The notes beneath the pieces are model-generated. The model was not told the DNA's origin. It saw nothing but the letters and a program-made list of their open reading frames with translations, and did not search any database. Below, in pieces: positions 25,614 to 34,280 of a DNA stretch of 52,058 bases. Source of the DNA: Nanobdellota archaeon. Lineage in GTDB: Archaea; Nanobdellota; Nanobdellia; Parvarchaeales; Parvarchaeaceae. Location: positions 1 to 52,058 of the forward strand of contig JAJZNV010000008.1 of the NCBI GenBank assembly GCA_021852265.1. The letters run 5' to 3'. The position numbers and the translations under genes were made by a program. Position 1 is the stretch's first letter; each line of letters starts with the position of its first letter.

Positions 25614-26588
25614 ATGTTAAAGGTGCACGCAGAAGGCATAAAAAACTTAGATCAAATACTAGTAGACAATCCTTCTGATTCTAAAAAATTGCAGCGGCTT
25701 TTATCCGATTATAAGAATTTAAGCAGCATATTTGATAACGATCCAGTTATTTTAGGAGGCTGGCCTGTTGAGCTACTCTGCCCAGAAAGCAGAAGGGACC
25801 ACCACGACTTCGACCTTTTTTTCCATAAAAAGCCGGATGGAAGTGTACAAAACGCTTACAAACTAGGGTACCAAAGAAAGCAGTATAAAGTTCTGGTAAA
25901 TCCAGAAGGGGATATAATTGATCCATTCTTCCGTGGAGAGTGGGAATGCTTTGTCATAAACAGATTAGTTGATGAGAACTATTTTTTACAGAGGAGCATT
26001 CCGCTGACACTTGAGATAGTGAACGAAGAGCGCATAAAAAGAGACGAGAACAGTTTTATACTAAAAGCCAGTGAGGATGGTTACGGTATCAATAGACGTG
26101 ACATGCCCGATTCTTACAACAAAACCAAAAGCTCTCTAAAACTCGAATTGATTGAGATCCCAGATAAATTAAAGGTGTTTGTGCCGGAACCAAGACTTTT
26201 GATACTACTAAAATCAGTTTCGCACGCATCTCGCGGGGAAGAGAAGGACTCAAAAGACGTTCGGCACCTGATAAAAAGGTATTATGGTGACAGTGCCCTC
26301 AATTTTCTGATAAGTGAAAATAAATTTATAGAAAACTGTAATGAACGCTTTAATGAGTGGTTCGTTAGCGTAGATTATGCTGATGACATGCTACTTAAAA
26401 ACAATCTACTAAATGGAAAAGGCACATTTACGAGTAGAATTAAAAACGTTATTGGAGATACTGTAGGCATTGAACTAAAAATGTTTAAGAATGTAGCGGA
26501 GCTAGCCGCGACGATACTTGGTGCTTGTTACAGTCAAAGCCACTATTTTGAAGCGGGAGATTTCTATAAATATTTAAAATCAACATAA
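25614..26588 (+). CDS. Pol-beta-superfamily nucleotidyltransferase-like protein
   Basis: LGGW...RDHHDFD signature; LK...KDSKD helix; AGGAGG ribosome site upstream. Confidence 0.7.
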   Translation: MLKVHAEGIKNLDQILVDNPSDSKKLQRLLSDYKNLSSIFDNDPVILGGWPVELLCPESRRDHHDFDLFFHKKPDGSVQNAYKLGYQRKQYKVLVNPEGDIIDPFFRGEWECFVINRLVDENYFLQRSIPLTLEIVNEERIKRDENSFILKASEDGYGINRRDMPDSYNKTKSSLKLELIEIPDKLKVFVPEPRLLILLKSVSHASRGEEKDSKDVRHLIKRYYGDSALNFLISENKFIENCNERFNEWFVSVDYADDMLLKNNLLNGKGTFTSRIKNVIGDTVGIELKMFKNVAELAATILGACYSQSHYFEAGDFYKYLKST

Positions 26589-26712
26589 TAAAGACAACTC
26601 AGATTCGGTAAAATATTATCCTAACGAGCATAAGTATCGATTTTCGTATATACTCCATGTTGTTAATTTAAAACAACCGGAAATTACTATGCAAGTACTA
26701 ATTTAGAGCAAT

Positions 26713-27405
26713 TCACCAGAGCTTTAGTCGATATGATGCTAAACTGAATACCGTAAATACAACGAAAGACCAAAACCCTGCAAAGAAGCTTATATAAACC
26801 AAAACCATTGTCAAAAAGGCTAGCATGAGTTTTATAGCTGACATAATTAGGTTATGATAAAACATAAACGCGCCATCAAATCTATGGTATGGCAGCAGAT
26901 TCAAAAAAGTGTATATAACTAAGAAAGAACCAGATGCAAATAATGCCTGTGAGTTATATCGTGTGTTTAACCAAAAGAAAAGCATTGAAAATGCTAAAAA
27001 TATTATCGCTGAAAAAATAGAGATTTTCCATTTTTCCTCTACAGTTACCTCCCCTTTTTTTAGACCGCGCAATGTTTTTGCGCGCTTATAATCGGTGGTG
27101 TTAAGGAACGGAACCAATACGGGAGCACCGAGTGCAGAAACAAATAAGGTGGCGACCGCAGAGAAAATTAAACCGCTCAACCAGAATGTTGATGAAAGTC
27201 TTACCTCAAAGTAATATGCAACTAATCGTTTTATTACAAATATTATCAATGTTATTGACACAACCGCTGCAGCATATGCTAGTAGATTAAATGATGTGAT
27301 TATTATGAACGTCATTGCAAACAGCACCGAAACGAACAGCAGAAGGTAACCAAATTCCTTAAGTGGCTGTTTATTTTCGGTTAGTAAGGAGTGTAAGTCC
27401 ACCAT
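26713..27405 (-). CDS. Multi-pass membrane protein, M50 peptidase-like, lacking HExxH
   Basis: About 6-7 TM helices; NLLPYHRFDG resembles the NLLPxxxxDG M50 motif. Confidence 0.6.
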   Translation of the reverse strand: MVDLHSLLTENKQPLKEFGYLLLFVSVLFAMTFIIITSFNLLAYAAAVVSITLIIFVIKRLVAYYFEVRLSSTFWLSGLIFSAVATLFVSALGAPVLVPFLNTTDYKRAKTLRGLKKGEVTVEEKWKISIFSAIIFLAFSMLFFWLNTRYNSQALFASGSFLVIYTFLNLLPYHRFDGAFMFYHNLIMSAIKLMLAFLTMVLVYISFFAGFWSFVVFTVFSLASYRLKLW

Positions 27406-27409
27406 ATTT

Positions 27410-28480
27410 TCACTTCTTTCTATTAAATCTTATATGCAGCCAGACTAGCGCTAATACTGCCAGAATGAGTATCACAATATAAAATGAGTCCATCAACATC
27501 TCTGGCTGAATTAGACTAGTTGACGCGGGTTGACTGAATATCTGCTGTTTGATAGGGGTTCCATTCTGAGATAGATAATAGGCTGCTAAATTAAGCACTG
27601 TGCTTTTTGGAATAGTCAAATTAATCTCAGATGTTGATGGTGAGATTATCAGAGACTTGTTATAGTAAAATTCATTTCCACCTATATCCAATAAGAAACT
27701 GAAAGTGGTGTTAATCGGCAGATTATTTCCATTGGTGATTTTAATTGTGTATATGCTCGAATTATTAGTTCCTGTAATTAAGCTTCCATTCTGAAACGAG
27801 ATATTTACTACGGGTGAGAATAGATCCGTTACATAACTCCTTAGTAGACTATAATTTTGGAACGCGGCATAAAACGAAAAGTTCAATGCGCTGGTAAATG
27901 TATTCGATAATGTAAGATTGATTGGGATGTTGAAAGTTTGGCTTGGAAGCAGTGTGAACAGCTGCTTATACTCAAGAGAGAAAGCAACTCCTTGTACTGT
28001 CGGGAGTGTCCATGTAAAATTTAAAGGCGTGTTACCGTTATTTTTTATATCAATCAACATTTTAGCAGAGTTATTGAAAAAAGGAGTATAATTTGAATAG
28101 CCTACAAAACCAAAGGAAGGTTTTGCAAGTATGTCAGTTGTCATATTTGACTGTATCTGCGTTGAAATCGCAGAAAATTTTATACTTGGTTTATAACTTC
28201 CGAACTCAGTGTTCGTAACGTTGTAATGCACAATTTTGTAGCCGGGAAAATTCCCTATAATCTGCCCGGATATAACCGAGACATTATCCATGTAAATAAC
28301 GTAACTTATGTTCTGTGGGAAGTCTGCAGAAACCTGAAAGAATAAATTCTGGTTTAGTCCAATCGTACCATTAAGTACGGTAAACGAGGCATTTATAGAA
28401 GCGGCTTTTACACTATTTAGCTGAAACAGTGCTAAAGATAGCACGACCGCTAGAATTATAAATAATTTGTGCCCTCTCAT
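27410..28480 (-). CDS. Secreted, C-terminally anchored surface protein
   Basis: Signal peptide, many N-x-S/T sequons, beta-rich, C-terminal TM followed by RKK. Confidence 0.75.
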   Translation of the reverse strand: MRGHKLFIILAVVLSLALFQLNSVKAASINASFTVLNGTIGLNQNLFFQVSADFPQNISYVIYMDNVSVISGQIIGNFPGYKIVHYNVTNTEFGSYKPSIKFSAISTQIQSNMTTDILAKPSFGFVGYSNYTPFFNNSAKMLIDIKNNGNTPLNFTWTLPTVQGVAFSLEYKQLFTLLPSQTFNIPINLTLSNTFTSALNFSFYAAFQNYSLLRSYVTDLFSPVVNISFQNGSLITGTNNSSIYTIKITNGNNLPINTTFSFLLDIGGNEFYYNKSLIISPSTSEINLTIPKSTVLNLAAYYLSQNGTPIKQQIFSQPASTSLIQPEMLMDSFYIVILILAVLALVWLHIRFNRKK

Positions 28481-28700
28481 TTAACTTAATGCATAGGTAC
28501 AGATATAAATATGACTTGAACACAATTGAAAAGTAAAAGTTACTGGCTTTTATGCCTGTAGATTGTTTCTTGCATATCACAAACTCCAAAGATGTGTTAT
28601 ACAGCACAGTTCCTGTTCTTTGCTTTGTAAAGACGATTAAGTATATCGCTTCAAAAACTTACTTCTTATAATCATCCATACGTGAAATTTATAAGGGTGT

Positions 28701-30440
28701 CTACTGACTTTCAATTAATCGTTTTTCTAACTTGTAATATTCATTCCATAGCTCATTTGGTATCTTCCCATCAAATTCATAAAAAAATTCTTTTATTTCG
28801 CTTAATTCCTTGAGCCAGCCATCCTTATCGATTTTTAGGAGTTCCTCTACAGTCTCTTTCTTAATATCCAAACCAGTTAAATCAATAGAGTCTACCTTGG
28901 GGATGTAGCCTATCGGCGTTGACACGGCATCAATACCATTTTCCACTCTGTCTACCATCCACTTTAGTATCCTAAAATTCTCTGAAAAACCTGGCCAAAG
29001 ATAATTGCCTAATCCGTCCTTTCTAAACCAGTTAACAAAAAATATTCTTGGTTTAGTCTTTAATTTTTTACCGAACTCTATCCAGTGGGCAAAGTAATCT
29101 CCCATATTATATCCACAAAAATCCATCATCCCCATCGGATCATGACGTAATTGTCCCACCTTACCTGAGATTGCAGTAGTTGTCTCCGCACGCATCATTG
29201 CACCAATTAGTATACCGTGCTCCCAGTTATAAGCCTCGTATACTAAGGGCACCAAGTTAGCCCTCCTTCCTCCAAATAGGATTATTGAGATTGGGACGCC
29301 GTCTGGGAGATTATAATTCTTAGATTTTAAAGAATATTGATCTATTTTGGTGGCATACCTCGAATTCTTATTCGCGACTGGAGCTTTCGAATTTGATGCC
29401 CATCTCTTTCCTGTCCAGTCTATCACGTTCTTTGGAACTTCTTCCGTAAGCCCCTCCCACCATGGTTTATTGTCAGTCGTCAAGCCGACATTTGTAAAGA
29501 GAGTATTTTTCTTTATACATTCAAGTATATTTGGATTTGAATATGGCCCTGTGTCATAAGCCACCCCAAAGAACCCGTGCTCTGGATTTATTCCAACCGT
29601 ACTTCCTTCGTCACTGCAGTGAATCCATGCGATATCATCTCCAACGGTTCTTATCTTCCAGTCATTAAACGCCTTTGGCGGCCTTATCATGGCCAGATTT
29701 GTCTTTCCACTGGCACTTGGTAATGCTCCAGAAATGTAAAAGCATTTTCCGTTCGGGTCCTCTAACTCCAGGATAAACATGTGCTCTGCGAGCCAGCCCT
29801 CTTTTTTCGCCTGAAAACTTGCCAGCCGCAGGGCGTGCGGTTTTTTACTGAGAGAGGCATTACCGCCATAATTCGTATTTATACTCATGAGCAGTTCTTC
29901 ATCCGGAAAATGACATATATACCTGTTTTCTTTTTTAAGATTGCCGGTGGAGTGAATTCCCCTTACAAATCTTCCACTGTCACCGAACTCCTCTAGTACA
30001 GTCTTACCTGCTTTAGTCAAAATCGCAGTTGTAAGTGCGACTAACGGACTATCAGTAGCTTCAACTCCCCATCGCGAATATTTTGATTTTTCAGGACCTA
30101 ACAAATAAGGAATTATATACATCTCCTTGTCTAACATCACGCCATCAAAAAGTTCATTCAAAAGCGTTTTTGCGCGAATTATCGACATCCAATTATTTGT
30201 TGGCCCAGCCTCTTCAGGGGTCTTGGTACATATAAATGTCCTTTCTTTTACCCTTGCGACATCATCAGGTAAATTCCTGAAAAGATAACAGTTTTTGTAT
30301 TCACTTTCATTTAGTTTTATGAGCTCGGCTCTGTCCAGCATGGATTTTGTTATCTGTGCAGTGTCATCGTCTGACCCATCAAACCAAAAAACGTTTTTGG
30401 GTTTAGTCAGTCTAGTTACATCTTTTACCCATGATAGCAA
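28701..30440 (-). CDS. pckA: Phosphoenolpyruvate carboxykinase (GTP)
   Basis: WLAEHM, SASGKTNLAM, GDDIAW, NPEHGFFGVA, NWFRK; TTG start, no in-frame ATG upstream. Confidence 0.95.
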   Translation of the reverse strand: MLSWVKDVTRLTKPKNVFWFDGSDDDTAQITKSMLDRAELIKLNESEYKNCYLFRNLPDDVARVKERTFICTKTPEEAGPTNNWMSIIRAKTLLNELFDGVMLDKEMYIIPYLLGPEKSKYSRWGVEATDSPLVALTTAILTKAGKTVLEEFGDSGRFVRGIHSTGNLKKENRYICHFPDEELLMSINTNYGGNASLSKKPHALRLASFQAKKEGWLAEHMFILELEDPNGKCFYISGALPSASGKTNLAMIRPPKAFNDWKIRTVGDDIAWIHCSDEGSTVGINPEHGFFGVAYDTGPYSNPNILECIKKNTLFTNVGLTTDNKPWWEGLTEEVPKNVIDWTGKRWASNSKAPVANKNSRYATKIDQYSLKSKNYNLPDGVPISIILFGGRRANLVPLVYEAYNWEHGILIGAMMRAETTTAISGKVGQLRHDPMGMMDFCGYNMGDYFAHWIEFGKKLKTKPRIFFVNWFRKDGLGNYLWPGFSENFRILKWMVDRVENGIDAVSTPIGYIPKVDSIDLTGLDIKKETVEELLKIDKDGWLKELSEIKEFFYEFDGKIPNELWNEYYKLEKRLIESQ

Positions 30441-30489
30441 GGCTGGGTACTTATCAGCGATATATTTCTCAGTAAGAGGCGTAAAAACC

Positions 30490-31647
30490 TCAGCGCTTAT
30501 CCAGCGGTACGTAATCTAGGTTTATGGGGCCCGTATAATATTCTAACGGCCTAAAGAGTTTATTGTGTTCCCAGTATTCTAACATATGTGCACACCAACC
30601 GCTTATCCTCGCGGCGGCGAACAAAGGTGTGAAGAGTTCTATTGGTATGCCCGCCCAGGTATAAAGCGGACCGGTAAAGAAATCTACATTCGGCCAGATA
30701 CCATGTGACTGGCCAAGGCGTTCTACCATTAATTTTTCTGCTCTTAATGCGATTTGTATTAGATCCTTAACCTTACCATTAGAAGTTTTATCTATATCCA
30801 CCAACCATGTTTTTAGCACTTTCGCTCTCGGATCATAAGCCTTATATACTCTGTGCCCAAATCCCATTATCTTCTGTTTTCCAGCTAGCGCTTCGTTGAT
30901 ATACGTTTCGGTGTTGTCTGGATTTCCTATCGCAAGCATCATCCTTAGTGCCTCTTCATCTGCTCCACCATGTAAAGGCCCCTTTAATGCAGAAATTCCC
31001 GAAGTTACCGCAGAGTATATATCTGCCAATGTAGAGCCCGTCACCAAAGTGGCAAAGGTAGAAGCATTTGAGCTGTGCTCAGCCTGTAATATAAACATCG
31101 TATTTATAAATTTGACTAATTTTGCGTCCGCAGCTTTTCCATTAAGCATGTAAAGAAAATTTTCTACATGACCAATATTTTTAGCCGGAGGAATAAAGTC
31201 TTTACCGGCACGAAGCCTGCCTATCTGGGCCACGATAGTGGATATTTTAGATATTAGCTTTACCATCTTTCTCAAATTAGCGGCCGGTGAATTGTCCTTG
31301 ACTTCGGCATCACTGATTACTAATGCAGAAACCGCTGTCCTCAGAGTTTCCATTGGGTCTGCCTTTTTTGCCATCTCACGTATAATATTTTTTACACCGT
31401 CAGGAATATCTCTCTCGGAGTTTAGTTCATTTTCAAACGACTCTAACTCCATTTTATTGGGAAGTTTTCCATAAAGTAAAAGATATGAAACTTCTTCAAA
31501 ACTAGAATTCTGTGCTAAAACGTCGATTGAATAGCCTCGATAGTAGAGTCTACCTAGTGTGCCGTCAACTTTGCAAATTTTACTTTCGGTTATATATACT
31601 CCGTCCAATCCCTGATAAATAGTAGGAGTGTTCTCAGCCATATACAT
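30490..31647 (-). CDS. gltA: Citrate synthase (type I size)
   Basis: GPLHGGA, MGFGHRVY, PNVDF catalytic motifs. Confidence 0.96.
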   Translation of the reverse strand: MYMAENTPTIYQGLDGVYITESKICKVDGTLGRLYYRGYSIDVLAQNSSFEEVSYLLLYGKLPNKMELESFENELNSERDIPDGVKNIIREMAKKADPMETLRTAVSALVISDAEVKDNSPAANLRKMVKLISKISTIVAQIGRLRAGKDFIPPAKNIGHVENFLYMLNGKAADAKLVKFINTMFILQAEHSSNASTFATLVTGSTLADIYSAVTSGISALKGPLHGGADEEALRMMLAIGNPDNTETYINEALAGKQKIMGFGHRVYKAYDPRAKVLKTWLVDIDKTSNGKVKDLIQIALRAEKLMVERLGQSHGIWPNVDFFTGPLYTWAGIPIELFTPLFAAARISGWCAHMLEYWEHNKLFRPLEYYTGPINLDYVPLDKR

Positions 31648-31739
31648 AAATTAAACTCTGTGGTTCGATATAAAGTTTTGCATTCGAGGCGCCTGTTTAC
31701 AAAATAATAAATTGAAGAGACCCTACGAAAAGTCAGTGT

Positions 31740-31931
31740 AAGGCTTAAAATAGTTTTAATTGCCCATGCACCCCTCTGATTCGGGAAAGGCAACCTATAG
31801 AAGCGGGTGTTTAACTCTATTGCATTTAATCTACTTTCCTTTTGATACCCGTTAAGAGTGCACTCCCTATTCCAAGAGTACTGTCGGCCTGATATACCCA
31901 TAAAGACTTCCACGCGTAGGTTACTCGCCAT
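31740..31931 (-). pseudogene. Truncated DUF72-family gene remnant
   Basis: GISGRQYSWN...LNAIELNTRFYRLPFPNQ..W matches the DUF72 N-terminus; similarity lost after about 60 codons. Confidence 0.65.
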
Positions 31932-31946
31932 ATAATAAGCCTTGCT

Positions 31947-32666
31947 CTAGTTTCTGCCGAATATCAGATTGTAGCGCTCACTATAATCTCTCAAAGCACT
32001 ATCGACTATTCTTTTATAGCTCCTGCTTTTCGATATGACAAAAAATGCAACGCTATTATCCGATATGAAATCCACACCGCACCCTTTGCCAAGCCTACTT
32101 TTAAGTTTTCTGCATAATCCAGATAAGTAAGGTAGTCTTTCTACTCTTGGGATGAATTGAAATATCAACATCACAGATTTTTTACTCATTTTATCGTATA
32201 GGTTTTTCACTTCTCCGTATGTTACATACGCCTCTTTATTTTTATTTGAGCTGGCCGTCTCAAGCCCCGTATCTGGATCTACCATTATAACCGAGTCCTT
32301 TAACCACGTATGTGATAAGCGATCAAAATAGTCCTTTCTATATCCTTTAGTTATGTATGTGAAGGAATTGTAGATTTTCATTGAGACCCCTTCTCTATAA
32401 AGAGATTGCTTAAAAAAGCGTTCTAATTCTGTTATGTTTCTCCTATCTTGTCTCAAACATTCAGATAAGAATTCTACGAGCTTGGTCCGGTGTGTACCGG
32501 GCCTGCCTGCTTTATAGACCGTCATTGATCCATGGTTATTGCCCGTATTTGGAGTCAGCATCGGCACGAAAGTGAAGTTCTTCGCTATCGCGTAATCAAG
32601 CATAAAACTTATGGCTAAATCATATTTGAAAAGATCTCTGGAATCGGCAAAGTATTGATTTTTCAT
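31947..32666 (-). CDS. Conserved-looking hypothetical protein (MKNQYF..D..KY; VDPDTG)
   Basis: 239-aa ORF; DPDxG after a beta strand is suggestive of a Rossmann/methyltransferase-like fold. Confidence 0.65.
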   Translation of the reverse strand: MKNQYFADSRDLFKYDLAISFMLDYAIAKNFTFVPMLTPNTGNNHGSMTVYKAGRPGTHRTKLVEFLSECLRQDRRNITELERFFKQSLYREGVSMKIYNSFTYITKGYRKDYFDRLSHTWLKDSVIMVDPDTGLETASSNKNKEAYVTYGEVKNLYDKMSKKSVMLIFQFIPRVERLPYLSGLCRKLKSRLGKGCGVDFISDNSVAFFVISKSRSYKRIVDSALRDYSERYNLIFGRN

Positions 32667-32724
32667 ACAAACGTTAGATTCGGTTTATTTCGGCGGGTAA
32701 CTCAAAAAAACCATTATGTTTATC

Positions 32725-34209
32725 TTAATGATACATATTTAGTTCGGCTATTACGCCTTTTCTGTAAGTCGTAATCTCAGATTCTATAAAGTCATCATAG
32801 ATACTATCCAGTTTATTTATAAAAACCAGTCCATCTTTTATGTATTTCATTTTCATCTCTTTCGCATATTTACGCAGTGCTGCATTGAAAGTTTTCCCAG
32901 AAACTTCTACATCAGATCTAATCTCACTTAGCCTACACAATGCATATCCGGGCTTAATATGGTATCCAACTAAATCATGTACAGCTGATGTCTTCTTTTC
33001 TATTGCACGCTTACAAATAGCAATTGTAGCCCTCCCGACAATCTTTCCATTAGACTTTATTACTGCCCAAAAAACGGAAGGATTTAATAGATACTCTTTC
33101 GTATAGGTTATATTAACCCCTCCTGGAGAAAGACATGAATTAATATTTTGCAATGATTCCATCTGAGTTTCCAGATCTGATGGACTTAGGTGAAGCGTTA
33201 ATGCTTTTCTGCGGTTTAAAATATAGGACTTGGTCGGCCCCTTCTTGTATATTTTTGCGCCTGAAAAAATTGGCGCAATCTTATCATCGAGCTCTTCAAG
33301 CCAATAGGGCAACCTCTCTATTTTAGTTATATCATTTACGGAATATTTTTTAAAAAAATAGTCCTTTACAGTGTTAAGGACCTTTGTGTATGAGATATTT
33401 AGATCTTCATTCGGTAGAACATTCACTCTATTACCCATAGCAATCCCTAAAAAGTATGCTAGATTTATCAATCGTTCCGCTTTTTTCACACCGAACTCGC
33501 ACACTTTTATTTTACTTATGAACTCGCTGATTTCATTGTATGAGCTACTCACAATACTATTTAGCTTCCTAATGGAATTTTTATCACGCCTACGCATAAG
33601 ATAGCTAAAGATTCCGGCCGATTTTTCTGGACCGAATATGGAATAGACGACCTCATTAACTTCAGAAAGTTTGTCTGCTCCGTCCTCATCTTTTTTATTG
33701 ATAAATGACTCTTTAGCGAGCAGAAAGTTCTTGTACGCCAACACAGATAGATTATTTCGAAAATCTAGATAAGATGGTGTGTAGAAAAAGTTATCGCTAT
33801 GTATATTCAACTTATTATTGCATCGCGTCACATCTGGATCCGATATGAAGCGAATGAACGTTTCTGAAATTTCTGGACTGCAAGTATTAGATAATATACT
33901 ATCCAAAGTACCTCTATCCATATCCATGCAAGATCCGACATCATCGTAATTATTCAATGCTGATACTATCACAGAAAGATTTTTCTCATAATTTCTGTCA
34001 ATCTCTTTTCCTGAAGAATGCAATCCGGTCAATATACGTTCAGCGAGGCTTCCTATGTATTCTGGCTTGCACCGTTCTATCTGGTTATTTATCTCATCTG
34101 ATGCCGCTAGTTTATCGATTATTGAAGCAAAGGCATAATCGGTATCTGTACGCAAATCGTGCCAAAACATTCGCCTAGTCTCATATTTGCTAGACGTATT
34201 GTCAACCAT
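32725..34209 (-). CDS. Hypothetical protein (494 aa), helical N-terminus and alpha/beta C-terminus
   Basis: Long uninterrupted ORF; no family recognised. Confidence 0.75.
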   Translation of the reverse strand: MVDNTSSKYETRRMFWHDLRTDTDYAFASIIDKLAASDEINNQIERCKPEYIGSLAERILTGLHSSGKEIDRNYEKNLSVIVSALNNYDDVGSCMDMDRGTLDSILSNTCSPEISETFIRFISDPDVTRCNNKLNIHSDNFFYTPSYLDFRNNLSVLAYKNFLLAKESFINKKDEDGADKLSEVNEVVYSIFGPEKSAGIFSYLMRRRDKNSIRKLNSIVSSSYNEISEFISKIKVCEFGVKKAERLINLAYFLGIAMGNRVNVLPNEDLNISYTKVLNTVKDYFFKKYSVNDITKIERLPYWLEELDDKIAPIFSGAKIYKKGPTKSYILNRRKALTLHLSPSDLETQMESLQNINSCLSPGGVNITYTKEYLLNPSVFWAVIKSNGKIVGRATIAICKRAIEKKTSAVHDLVGYHIKPGYALCRLSEIRSDVEVSGKTFNAALRKYAKEMKMKYIKDGLVFINKLDSIYDDFIESEITTYRKGVIAELNMYH

Positions 34210-34280
34210 TTAAAAATTGACCTTTTTAAATTTATAAATATAAATTAAAATGAAATTTGGTAAAATTTACTAAGTTTTAG

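Noticed and set aside
28413-28700. Possible RNA gene or small ORF in the 220-nt spacer after PEPCK
   Set aside because: No convincing stems or GC enrichment; the ORF overlaps the next gene and lacks an ATG start
30440-30511. Frameshift fusion of citrate synthase with PEPCK
   Set aside because: The PEPCK frame is open a short way into the gltA end but is closed by TAG, and no slippery site is evident. A TTG start at 30440 gives a normal-sized enzyme.
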